NCBI GenBank assembly: GCA_030390025.1
Contig: JASTWF010000035.1
Coordinates: 2,480,001-2,544,000 of the forward strand
DNA length: 64,000 nucleotides
From: Squalus acanthias
Lineage: Eukaryota
Direction of reading: 5' to 3'
Shown: positions 48,569-61,082 of the stretch, in pieces
How positions within the stretch are numbered: position 1 is the stretch's first letter
Layout: each line of letters begins with the position of its first letter
Translations under genes and position numbers: made by a program
The notes under the pieces: generated by a model
What the model was told of the DNA's origin: nothing
The model's database searches: none
Seen by the model: the letters and a program-made list of their open reading frames with translations, nothing else

Positions 48569-50235
48569 TGTAGAATTCGCAAAATTATCACGATTTTATA
48601 AAATAAGAAGGAGACATATAGTTTCGTACAAACAGCTTTATTTCAGCAGAATGCTGTCAGGTTTTCAAAGTGGACACAAACAGCCTGTAAAATGGCCGCC
48701 ACACCTCGTGGCAGAACGTTCTAGACTTTTCAATGAGCAGACAAGATGGCGTTCCAATAAACATTTGTGCGAGATCGGACAAGACTCAGCACATTTGAGA
48801 TAATTCACAAGACATAATGGGTTTGCATTTTACACATAAATACTGGAATCGGTCTCCCAGGTGCGAATAAGGGCTATTCTACCGAGCGATCAAGAACCCA
48901 TCCAAAGACATTAATATGCAAAATCCCCACGACTCTACGATGAGAGAGCCGTTTGCGGGTAGTTACAGAAAACATTTGGAAGCCCCAAAACCCCTCCAGG
49001 GAGAATACTGACCGGTTACACAATGGGAGAAGTATTAACGGGTACTCAGGCAGTTACAAGTATCACCGAAACCCATTAAACGGAGATCACCCCATACAAG
49101 AAGTTTGAGCGCCAAAACCCTGACAAAAGAAAGACATTAAGATTGGGCGGGAAAAGAGGAATTACAGCACTATAACTGTAAGGTACAACCGTCCATCTCT
49201 CTCTTGACTCTTGGATCGTGACTCTTGACTGCTGTCTCTGCCTCTTGCTGCTCGACTTGCTGGAAGACTATTGAACTTTCTGATCCACCAGGATCAACCT
49301 CGTGGCTTGCCGCGAAGATCTGTGAAGAACTGGGCTGTGAAGCCTTGAAACGGGCGCACCATCCCGAGAAGTCGGTAAACGGTGTTGGAACCGAAGGCCC
49401 GAGACGAGATGAGATGAGATGAGATGAGAAGAGAAGAAGACGACAATACGTATCTCCACGGTCAGTAAGCCCCGACCGCGCCTGTAGGTCGAATAAACAT
49501 TTTCCTTGCCCAGGAAGACCATTCTTCGAGTTTTATCGCATCGGTGTGAGGGCACAGGAAGACCATTCTTCGAGTTTTATCGCATCGGTGTGAGGGCACA
49601 GGAAGACTATTTTTTGAGTCGTGTCGGAACTCCGAGGACAACACAGATCTTCATGACAGCAGACGGTCCAGCCTGCTAGCCGGAGCAGAAGCGAGTAAAC
49701 AAGTGGGGTACAGAGACCCCTGATCAACACGTGGGTGGTCAGGTGCTGCAGGAAAGACATCCGAGCAGAGTTTCGGAATTCTCCGAGTTATCACGAGTGG
49801 TGAGCATGAGTCTCGATCCTACAAATCTAGTTTAGGACAGGTATTGATAGGGGAGGGTTTAAGTTTTAAGGATAATTGTAATGTGTGCCCCCTTTTACGA
49901 TGTGTCGTGCGCTCCTCGTTTCCCTAAAATTAGTTACATAACTGCGTGTAAGATTGTACTGTCATTAATCTGTGCTTATGACATGTATTTCGTAATCTTG
50001 AATAATATGCAATAAAGATTTTCCATTTCGCACTATTCAACCGAGTCTACCTGAGTTTTCTCTGCATTATTGCTCTCGCACCTAAGTCCAGTGTCAGAAC
50101 CGTAAGGACGAGTGGGTCGAACCACTCACAGGTGTCTAGTGTTACCAGGCTGGCTGGAGACCAGAACAGGCAACAAGGCCTAACCTCGCACTAGCACCCA
50201 GGCTAAGCACAGAGCCACAGGTCTCACCCCTTACA
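48569..50235 (+). mobile_element. ERV-like solo LTR, 1667 bp
   Basis: TG...CA, 4-bp TSD tgag (48565-48568, 50236-50239), AATAAA at 50011. Termini resemble the 26241 LTRs (attcgcaaaatt; ccccttaca). Confidence 0.88.
49511..49607 (+). repeat. 44-bp tandem duplication inside the solo LTR
   Basis: caggaagaccattcttcgagttttatcgcatcggtgtgagggca occurs twice, plus a partial third copy. Confidence 0.9.
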
Positions 50236-51199
50236 TGAGTTCAAAAGACAAAGCTGAAGCGTTTGGAACCATGTTCAGCCAGAAGTGCCAAGTGGATGAT
50301 CCATCTCAGCCTCCAACTAAGGTCCCCACCATCACAGAAGCCAGTCTTCATCCATTTGATTCACTCAACGTGATATCAAGAAATGGCTGAGCGCACTGGA
50401 TACAGCAAATGATGTGGGCCCCGATAACATCCCGGCTGCAGTGCTGAAGACTTGTGCTCCAGAACTAGCCGCATCTCTAACCAAGCTGTTCCAGTACAGC
50501 TACAATACTGGCATCTATCCGACAATGTGGAAAACTGCCCAGGTATGTCCTGTCCACAAAAGCAGGACAAATCCAATCCGGCCAATAACCGCCCCATCAG
50601 TCTACTCTCAATCATCAGCAAAGTGATGGAAGATGTCGTTGACAGTGCTATTAAACGGCACTTACTCACCAATAACCTGCTCACTGATGCCCAGTTTGGG
50701 ATCCGCCAAGACCACTCAGCTCCCGACCTCATTACAGCCTTGGTCCAAACATGGACAAAAGAGCTGAATTCCAGAGGTGAGGTGAGAGTGACTGCCCTTG
50801 ACATCAAGGCAGCATTTGACTGAGTGTGGCATCAAGGAGCCCTAGTAAAACTCAAGTCAATGGGAATCAGGGGGAAAACCCTCCACTGGCTGGAGTCATA
50901 CCTAGCACAATGGAAGATGGTTGTGGTTGATGGAGGCCAATCAGCTCAGCCCCAGGACATTGTTGCAGGAGTTCCTCAGGGCAGTGTCCTAGGCCCAATC
51001 ATCTTCAGGTGCTTCATCAATGACCTTACCTCCATCATAAGGTCAGAAGTGGGGATATTTGCTGATGATTACACAGTGTTCAGTTCGATTCACAGCTTCA
51101 CAGATAATGAAGCTGTCCATGCCCGGATGCAACAAGACCTGGACAACATTCAGGCATGGGCTGATTATGCGTAAAGTAACATTTGTACCACACGAGTGC

Positions 51200-52748
51200 C
51201 TTTTTTTTATTCGTTCCTGAGGTGTGGGCACCTCTGGCAAGGCCAACATTTATTGCCCATCCCTAATTGGGCTTGAGAAGGTGGTGGTGAGCCGCCTTCT
51301 TGAACCGCTGCAGTCCGTGTGGTGAAGGTACTCCCACAGTGCCGTTAGGGAGGGAGTTCCACGATTTGGACCCAGCGACGATGAAGGAATGGCGATACAT
51401 TTTCAAGTCAGGATGGGGTGTAACTTGGAGGGGAACTTGCAGATGTTGGGGGTAAAAATTCAGTTGGTTGCGCCTCCCGTTAGCGCCTTAAGAGGTCGCT
51501 AATGGGGCGCAAAGCCGCTAACGCCCGGGCGCAGCGATGTTTGCGTCGCTCGAGAACTTAACTTGAGATTGTGCGGCGGCGCTAAAACTTACCGCTGCGA
51601 CCACCTGCGCGCGCAGATTGTGACGTCATTCCATGGTGCAACGCCCTTGTGGCGCCCTGGAGCGGAAATTGAGTGGCGCCCCCTGCCTTACCGCCTGGCG
51701 CTTCCAACGACCGGAAGACTGGAACGCTATCAATCGCTGTGGGGCTGGGGGGGCGCTATTTAAAGGGGGCCTCTTCCTGTCTTTTATTGTTGGTGGCATT
51801 TTTGAACTACGCATTCTGAGAGAGAGAGGGAGAGACTTCTGGAGAGATTCAACGTTGTGTGAAGGAGTTTTGGGTACTGAGCAGCACTTTGCAGGTTCAT
51901 TTTGATTTGCCATTCCTTGTATCGATTTAGCAGAGACTGTGGGAGCTGCACTCTGAGCTCTTTGCCTGGTACTCTCCATTGTTCTTTCCAGCACATTTGA
52001 TGTGCAAGTCTCTCCAGGCCGAGATTCAAGGCTGCAATGAACAGGATGTGGATGGAAAGCAAGATTAACCATCCCCTTTAAGAACTGGCCCGTGCCATTG
52101 TGTCTGTGTTCCATTGCTGACTGACATTACATGAGCTTCGCCAGCGCTCTCAGGTAGCGCCTCGCTCCTCAGCCTTTGCGCCTTAAGACAGGTGTGCAGC
52201 GCCTGCTTTAGCGCTCCACTCACCTCCCGGGGTGGTAAAAGTGAAGTTTCCAGTCAGTGCCGATAATTAGCGCCAGGCGCTAATATTTGCGTCCAGACGA
52301 TATTTGCGCCCCAAATGGGGTGCGACCTAATTTCTACCCCTTGGTGTTCCCATGTGCCTGCTGCCCTTGTCCTTCAAGGTGGTAGAGGTCGTGGGTTGAA
52401 GAAGCCTTGGCAAGTTGCTGCAGTGCATCTTGTAGATGATACACACTGCAGCCACGGTGGAGGGAGTGAATGTTTAAGGTGGTGGATGGGGTGCCAATTA
52501 AGCGGGCTGCTTAGTCTTGGATGGTGTCGAGCTTCATGAGTGTTGTTGGAGCTGCACGGATCCAGGCAAGTGGAGAGTATTCCATCACACTCCTGACTTG
52601 TGCCTTGTAGATGGAGAAAATGCTTTGGGGAGTCAGGAGGTGAGACACTCGCCACAGAATACCCAGCCTCTGACCTGCTCTTGTAGCCACAGTATCTATG
52701 TGGCTGGTCCAGTGAAGTTTCTGGTCAATGTTGACTCCCAGGAAGTTG
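51200..52748 (-). mobile_element. LINE-B 3' end hosting a Harbinger MITE
   Basis: Collinear with 4121-4790. Confidence 0.88.
51449..52340 (-). mobile_element. Non-autonomous Harbinger derivative (892 bp)
   Basis: TIRs ggggtaaaaatt / aatttctacccc, TSD ttg (51446-51448, 52341-52343). Confidence 0.93.
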
Positions 52749-55223
52749 ACTGGGCAAATCAAATTACCACTAATGGTGTGGAGGACGAATTCTTGGAATG
52801 CATGCGAGATGGTTTCCTAGATCAGTATGTGGAGGAACCAACCAGCGAACAGGCTATTCTGGATTTGGTACTGTGTAATGAGAAAGGGCTAATCAATAAT
52901 CTTGTGGGAAAGTGGCCTTTCGGGACAAGTGACCATAATATGATTGAATTTTACATTAAGTTTGAGAGTGATGTCGTCCAATCTGAAACTAAGGTCTTCA
53001 ATCTAAACAGAGGAAACTACAAGGGTATGAGGGACAAGTTGGCCATGGTAGATTGGGAGACTGCACTAAAAGGTATGAAGGTGGACATACAATGGCTAAC
53101 ATTCAAGGAAATAATGCATAATTTGCAACAAACATATATTCCTCGAGGGCATAAAAACCCAAAAGGAAAAGTGATCCAACCATGGCTAACAAAAGAAATT
53201 AAAGCGAGTATTAAGTCAAAGGAGGAAGCTTATAAATTTGCCAGAAAAAGCGGTCAGCCTGAGGATTGGGATCTTTTTAGAAATCAGCAAAGGGGGACCA
53301 AGAAATTGATAAAGAAAGGGAAAATGGAATATGAGCACAAACTAGCGAAAAATATAAAAACGGATTGTAAAAGCTTCTATAGGTATGTGAAAAGGAAAAG
53401 ACTGGCGAAGGTAAATGTAGGTCCTTTACAGTCAGAGACGGGAGAATTTATAATGGGGAATGAGGAAATGGCGGGGAAATTAAATAAATATTTTGTTTCC
53501 GTCTTCACAGAGGAAGATACAAAAAACCTCCCAGAAATACAAGAAAAACCAAGGGTGTGACGAGAATGAGGAACTTAAAGAAATGATTATTAGTACAAAA
53601 ACAGTACTAGCAAAATTAATGGGACTAAAAGTCGATAAATCCCAAGGACCGGATGACCCACATCCTAGGGTTTTGAAAGAGGTGGCCATTGGGGTAGTGG
53701 ACGCATTGGTTGTCATCTTCCAAAATTCTATAGATTCTGAAACGGTTCCTGCAGATTGGAGGACAGCAAATGTAACCCAGCTTTTTAAAAAAGGAGGGAG
53801 AGAGAAAACGGGGAACTACAGACCTGTTAGCCTCACATCAGTAGTTGGGAAAATGCTGGAATCTATTATAAAGGGTGCAATAACTGGGCACTTAGAAACT
53901 AATAGTAAGATTGGGCAGAGTCAACATGGATTTATGAAAGGGAAATCCTGTTTGACAAACCTATTGGAGTTCTTTGAGGATGTAACTAGTGGAGTAGACA
54001 AAGGGGAACCGGTAGATGTGGTGTATCTGGATTTTCAGAAGGCCTTCGATAAGGTCCCACACAAGAGGTTGGTGAACAAAATTAGGGCACATGGAATTGG
54101 GGGTAATATACCAGCATGGATTGAGAATTGGTTAACAGACAGAAAACAAAGAGCAGGGATAAACGGGTTTTATTCAGGATGGCAGGCTGTGACTAGTGGG
54201 GTACCGCAAGGATCGGTGCTTGGGCCCCAGCTATTCACAATCTATATCAATGATTTTGCTGAGGGGACTAAATGTAACATTTCCAAATTTGCTGATGATA
54301 CAAAGCTAGGTGGCAGTGTCAGTTGCGAAGAGGATGTGAAAAGGCTTCAAGGGGATCTCGACAGGCTCAGTGAGTGGGCGAGAACATGGCAGATGGAATA
54401 TAATGTGGATAAATGTGAAGTTATCCACTTTGGTAGAAAAAACAGAAAGGCAGAGTATTTCCTAAATGCTGAAAGATTGGGGAATGCAGATGCTCAAAGG
54501 GACCTGGGTGTCCTTGTACATGAGTCACTGAAAGTGAATGTGCAGGTGCAGCAAGCCATTAGGAAGGCAAATGGTATGCTGGCCTTCATTACAAGAGAAT
54601 TTGAGTACAGGAGTAAAGAAGTCTTACTCCAATTATATAGGGCCTTGGTGAGACCACACCTGGAGTACTGTGTACAATTTTGGTCTCCTTACCTAAGGAA
54701 CGATATACTTGCCATAGAGGGAGTGCAACGAAGGTTCACAAGATTGATTTCTGGGATGGCGGGACTGTCGTATGAGAAGAGATTGAGTAAACTAGGGCTG
54801 TATTCTCTTGAATTCAGAAGAATGAGAGGGGATCTCATTGAAGCATACAAAATTATTACAGGGCTTGATAGAGTGGATGCTGGGAGAATGTTTCCCTTGG
54901 CTGGGGAGTCTAGAACCAGGGGCCACAGCCTCAGGATAAAGGGTAGGCCATTCAGGACTGAGATGAGAAGAAATTTCTTCACACAGAGGGTGGTGAATCT
55001 TTGGAATTCTCTACCCCAGAGGGCTGTGGAGGCTCAGTCATTGGGTATATTCAAAACAGAAGTCAATAGATTTCTGACTAGTAAGGGCATCAAGGGATAT
55101 GGCGATAGGGCCGGTGAATGGAGTTGAGGCAGAAGATCAGCCATGATCTCATTGAATGGCGGAGTAGGCTCGAAGGGCCGAATGGCCTACTCCTGCTCCT
55201 ATTTCTTATATTCTTATGTTCTT
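52749..55223 (+). mobile_element. CR1 ORF2 (partial EN to 3' end), one frameshift near 53540
   Basis: ORFs 52517-53560 and 53493-55127. Confidence 0.95.
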
Positions 55224-55552
55224 AACATTGGAGTTGACCTGCTGGAGAGCTGCTGTAGTTAGTTAATTAGCTAACTGGATTAAACTGGTTCCTGAAACAG
55301 TAGCAGAGCAGTGCTGACTCATTTGAGTCAGAAACAGTATAAAAACAGGGGCCTGTGAGTACAGTGAGCACAGAGTGAACAACTGGGAGTTTGGTAAGTG
55401 TGGGAGTTTGGTGAAGTGGGGGAAGAAGGTGCTTGCTTTTCCTAACTTCTCCCACAGAGCGGCGGCTGACCTGAGCGGGAGCAGACCAAGGCCCGAGAGC
55501 GGAGATAAAAGCAGCAGCAGACCCGCATCAATAAGAGAAAATGGCAGTGTGA

Positions 55553-58068
55553 CATAGAACATAGAACAGTACAGCACAGTACAGGCCCTTCGGCCCTCGA
55601 TGTTGTGCCGAGCATTGTCCGAGACCAAGATCAAGCTATCACACTCCCTATCACTCTGGTGTGCTCCATGTGCTTATCCAATAACCGCTTGAAAGTTCCT
55701 AAAGTGTCCGACTCCACTATCACAGCAGGCAGTCCATTCCACACCCCAACCACTCTCTGAGTAAAGAATCTACCTCGGACATCCCTTCTATATCTACCCC
55801 CACGCACCTTATAGTTATGCCCCCTTGTAACAGCTGCCTCTACCCGAGGAAATAGTCTCTGAACATCCACTCTATCTATCCCCCTCATCATCTTATAAAC
55901 CTCTATTAAGTCGCCTCTCATCCTCCTCCGCTCTAAAGAGAAAAGCCCCAACTCCCTCAATCTTTCCTCATAAGACCTCCCCCCCAAACCAGGCAGCATC
56001 CTGGTAAATCTCCTTTGCACTCTTTCCAATGCTTCCACGTCCTTCCTATAGTGAGGTGACCAGAACTGCACACAATATTCCAAATGTGGTCTCACCAAGG
56101 TCCTGTACAGTTGCAGCATAACCTCACGGTTCTTAAACTCAAACCCTCTGTTAATAAACGCCAACACACCATAGGCCTTCTTTACTGCTCTATCCACTTG
56201 AGTGGCAACCTTCAGAGATCTGTGGATATGAACCCCCAGATCCCTCTGCTCCTCCACGTTCCTCAGAACCCTGCCGTTGACCCTGTAATCCTTATTCAAA
56301 TTTGCCCTACCAAAATGAATCACCTCGCACTTATCAGGGTTAAATTCCATCTGCCATTTTTCGGCCCAGCTCTGCATCCTATCAATGTCTCTTTGCAGCC
56401 TACAACTGCCCTTCACCTCATCCACTACTCCACCAATCTTGGTGTCATCAGCAAATTTACTGATCCACCCTTCAGTCCCCTCCTCCAAGTCATTGATAAA
56501 AATCACAAACAGCAGAGGACCCAGCACCGACCCCTGTGGCACACCGCTGGTAACTGGTCTCCAGTCCGAAAATGTTCCATCCACCACCACCCTCTGCCTT
56601 CTATGAGATAGCCAGTTACTTATCCAATCGGCCAAATTTCCCTCTATCCCACAACTCCTTACTTTCTTCATGAGACGACCATGGGGAACCTTATCAAACG
56701 CCTTACTAAAATCCATGTATACGACATCAACTGCTCTACCTTCATCTACACACTTAGTTACCTCCTCAAAGAATTCAATCAAATTTGTTAGGCAAGACTT
56801 ACCCTTCACGAATCCGTGTTGACTATCCCTGATTAAGTTGCCCCTTTCCAAATGGTCATAAATCCTATCCCTCAGGACCTTTTCCATTATCTTACCAACC
56901 ACCGAAGTAAGACTAACCGGCCTATAATTACCAGGGTCATTCCTATTTCCTTTCTTGAAGAGAGGAACAACATTCGCCACTCTCCAGTCCTCTGGCACCA
57001 TCCCCGTGGACAGTGAGGACCCAAAGATCAAAGCCAGAGGCTCTGCAATCTCCTCCCTTGCCTCCCAAAGAATCCTAGGATATATCCCATCTGGCCCAGG
57101 GGACTTATCGACCCTCAGGTTCTTCAAAATTGCTAAAACATCTTCCCTCAGAACATCTACCACCTCCAGCCTATCCACCTTTATCACACTCTCATCCTCA
57201 AGAACATGGCCCCTCTCCTCGGTGAACACTGACGAAAAGTATTCATTCATCACCTCTCCTATCTCTTCTGACTCCATGCACAAGTTCCCACTACTGTCCT
57301 TGACCGGCCCTACCCTCACCCTGGTCATTCTTTTATTTCTCACATAAGAGTAAAAAGCCTTGGGGTTTTTCTTGATCCGACCCGCCAAGGACTTCTCATG
57401 CCCCCTCCTAGCTCTCCTAAGCTCTTTTATTAGCTCATTCCTTGCTACCTTGTACCCCTCAATCGACCCAACTGAACCTTGTTTTCTCATCCTTACATAC
57501 GCTTCCTTTTTCCTCTTGACTAGACATTCAACCTCTTTTGTGAACCATGGTTCTCTCACTCGGCCATTTCCTCCCTGCCTGACAGGGACATACCTATCAA
57601 GGACACGCAGTAATTGCTCCATGAAAAAGCTCCACTTTTCGTTTGTGCCTTTCCCTGATAGTTTCTGTTCCCATCTTATACTCCCTAATTCTTGCCTAAT
57701 CGCATCATAATTACCCCTCCCCCAATTATAAACCCTGCCCTGCCGTATGGCCCTATCCCTCTCCATTGCAATAGTGAAAGTTACCGAATTGTGGTCACTA
57801 TCTCCAAAGTGCTCTCCCACATACAAATCAAACACTTGGCCCGGTTCATTACCCAGTACCAAATCCAACGTGGCCCCACCTCTTGTCGGCCTATCCACAT
57901 ATTGTGTCAGGAAACCCTCCTGCACACACTGTGCAAAAACTATCCCATCCGAACTGTTTGACCTATAAAGGTTCCAATCAATATTTGGAAAGTTGAAGTC
58001 ACCCATGACAACTACTCTGTGACCTCCACACCTATTCATAATCTGCTTTGCAATTTCTTCCTCCACAT
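55553..58068 (-). mobile_element. Young 5'-truncated CR1 of a distinct subfamily with an open ~810-aa ORF2 segment
   Basis: ORF 55631-58177 from about residue 37 onward: MGDFN, SDH and RT motifs; (ctatgtt)n tail. Confidence 0.95.
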
Positions 58069-58456
58069 GGTAGAGGGTGGTAGGTCCATGGAATATGCTG
58101 CCACAAAAAGCTGTAGAAGCTACATCATTAAATAAATTTAAAACAGAAATAGACAGTTTCCTAGAAGTAAAGGGCATTAAGGGTTACGGGGAGCGGGCAG
58201 GAATTGGGACATGAGTCTAGGTTCGGATCGGTCATGGCCCTGTGGGTAGTGGAGCGGGCCCAGGGACCGTGTAGCCTGATTCTGCTCCTATTTCGTGTGT
58301 GCAATTCTGTTAGATGCAGGAGATGGTTCTGTGATAGTAGATAGTAGATTGGCGGTTAGGATCAGATCAGCCATGATCTTATTGAATGGCGGAGCAGGCT
58401 CGAGGGGCCGATTGGCCTACTCCTGCTCCTATTTCTTATGTTCTTATGTTCTTATG
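58069..58456 (+). mobile_element. CR1 3' end, same subfamily as 45347-47880
   Basis: Near-identical extended 3'UTR and (ttcttatg)n tail. Confidence 0.92.
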
Positions 58457-60438
58457 AATAAAAAGTAGCCAAATCTAGTGGGAGGATAGAAGATTGGGAA
58501 GCATTTAAAAACCAGCAAAGAATAACTAAAAGATTAATTAAGAAAGGGAAGATAGATTATGAAAGTAAACTAGCAAAAAATATAAAAACAGATAGCAAGA
58601 GTTTCTACAGTTATATAAAAAGAAAAAGGGTGGCTAAAGTGAATGTTGGTCCCTTAGAGACGAGACCGGGAAATTAGTAGTGGGGAACATGGAGATGGCA
58701 AATACGCTGAACAAATATTTTGTATCAGTCTTTACAGTAGAGGACACTAAAAATATCCCAACACTGGACAAACAAGGGGCTATGGGGGGGAGGAGCTAAA
58801 CACGATTAAAATCACTAAGGAGATGGTATTCGGTAAGATAATGGGACTTAAGGCGGATAAATCCCCTGGACCTGATGGCTTACATCCTAGGGTCTTGAGA
58901 GAAGTTGCGGTAGGGATTGCGGATGCATTGGTGGTAATTTTCCAAAACTCCCTGGATTCAGGAAAGGTCCTAGCAGATTGGAAAACTGCTAATGTAACAC
59001 CCTTATTTAAAAAGGGAGGTAGACAAAAGGCTGGAAACTATAGACCAGTTAGCCTAACATCTGTGGTTGGTAAAATGTTGGAGTCCATTATTAAGGAAGC
59101 TGTAACAGGACATTTGGATAAGCATAACTTAATCGGACAGAGTCAGCATGGTTTTATGAAAGGGAAATCATGCTTGACAAATTTGCTCGAATTCTTTGAG
59201 GACGTAACAAACAAGGTGGATAAAGGGGAATCAGTGGATGTGGTGTATTTGGACTTCCAAAAGGCATTTGACAAGGTACCACACAAAAGATTACTGCACA
59301 AGATAAAAAAATCACGGGATTGGGGGTAATATACCGGCATGGGTGGAAGATTGGCTATCTAACAGAAAACAGAGAGTTGGGATAAATGGTTCATTCTCGG
59401 GTTGGCAATCAGTAACTAGTGGTGTTCCGCAGGGGTCAGTGCTGGGACCCCAACTCTTTACAATCTATATTAACGATTTGGAGGAGGGGACCAAGTGCAA
59501 CGTATCCAAGTACAAAGATGGGAGGGAAAGCAGTGAGTGAGGAGGACATAAAAAACCTGCAAAGGGACATAGACAGGCTAAGTGAGTGGGCAGAAATTTG
59601 GCAGATGGAATATAATGTTGGAAAGTGTGAGGTTATGCACTTTGGCAGAAAAAATCAAAGAGCAAGTTATTATCTAAATGGAAAGAAACTGCAAAGTGCT
59701 ACAGTACAAAGGGATCTGGGGGTCCTGGTGCATGAAACACAGAAGGTTAGTATGCAGGTACAGCAGGTGATCAGGAAGGCCAATGGAATCTTGGCTTTTA
59801 TTGCAAGGGGGATGGAGTATAAAAGCAGGGAAGTCTTGCTTCAGCTATACAGGGTACTGGTGAGGCCACACCTGGAATACTGCGTACAGTTTTGGTTTCC
59901 ATATTTAAGAAAAGATATACTTGCTTTCGAGGCAGTTCAGAGAAGGTTCACTCGGTTGATTCCTGAGATGAGGGGGTTGATTTATGAGGAAAGGTTGAGT
60001 AGGTTGGGCCTCTACTCATTGGAATACAGAAGAATGAGAGGCGATCATATCGAAACATATAAGATTGTGAGAGGGCTTGATCGGGTGGATGCGGGGAGGA
60101 TATTTCCACTGATGGGTGAGACTAGAACTAGGGGGCATAATCTTAGAATAAGGGGCTGCCATTTCAAAACTGAGATGAGGAGAAACTTCTTCACTCAGAG
60201 GGTAGTAAATCTATGGAATTTGCTACCTCAGAGAGCTGTGGAAGCTGCGACATTAAATAAATTTAAAACGGAGATAGACAGTTTCCTAGCTGATAAGGGA
60301 ATTAAGGGTTATGGGGAGCGGGCAGGGAAGTGGACGTGAGTCTAGGTTCGGATCAGCCATGATCCTATTGAATGGCGGAGCAGGCCCGAAGGGTCGTATG
60401 GCCGACTCCTGCTCCTACTTCTTATGTTCTTATGTTCT
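58457..60438 (+). mobile_element. CR1 ORF2 3' two-thirds, frameshifted
   Basis: ORFs 58823-59329 and 59419-60339. Confidence 0.93.
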
Positions 60439-61082
60439 AATCAAAAAGGCAAATGGAATGTTGGCCTTTATTTCAAGGGGGTTGGAGTATAAAAGTAGGG
60501 AAGTCCTGCTACAACTGTACAGGGTATTGGTGAGACCACACCACAGTTTTGGTCTCCTTATTTAAGGAAGGATATACTTGCATTGGAGGCAGTTCAGAGA
60601 CGATTCACTAGGTTAATTCCAGAGATGAGGGGGTTGACTTATGAAGTAAGGTTGAGCAGGTTGGGCCTATACTCATTGGAATTTAGAAGAATGAGAGGTG
60701 ATCTTATTGAAACATATAAGATACTGAGGGGGCTCGACAAGGTAGATGCAGAGAGGATGTTTCCCCTCGTGGGAAAATCTCGAACTCGAGGGCATAGTTT
60801 CAGAATAAAGGATCACCCTTTTAGAACTGAGATGAGGAGGAATTTCTTCTCTGAGGGTGGTAAATCTGTGGAATTCTCTGCCCCAGAGAGCTGTGGAGGC
60901 TGGGTCATTAAATACATTTAAGGTGGCGATAGACAGATTTTTACAAGATAAGGGAGTGAAGGGTTATGGGGAGCGAGCAGGGAAGTGGCTTTGAGCCCAA
61001 GATCAGCCATGATCTTATTGAATGGCGGAGCAGGCTCGAGGGACCAAGTGGCCTATTCCTGCTGCTATTTCTTATGTTCTTA
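60439..61082 (+). mobile_element. CR1 3' fragment
   Basis: ORF 60583-60921 and tail. Confidence 0.9.

Larger units (their letters stand above)
42646..51195 (+). mobile_element. LINE-B ORF2 (EN and RT) fragmented by three insertions; pieces 42646-43488, 44672-44783, 48451-48568, 50236-51195
   Basis: The pieces are collinear with 4121-6364 and rejoin at TSDs aaccc, tcaaagct(a/c)tgcaa and tgag. Confidence 0.88.

Noticed and set aside
55631..58177. 848-aa ORF as a complete active LINE ORF2
   Set aside because: The first ~36 residues are antisense read-through from the neighbouring CR1 tail. The element is truncated within the endonuclease and lacks ORF1.
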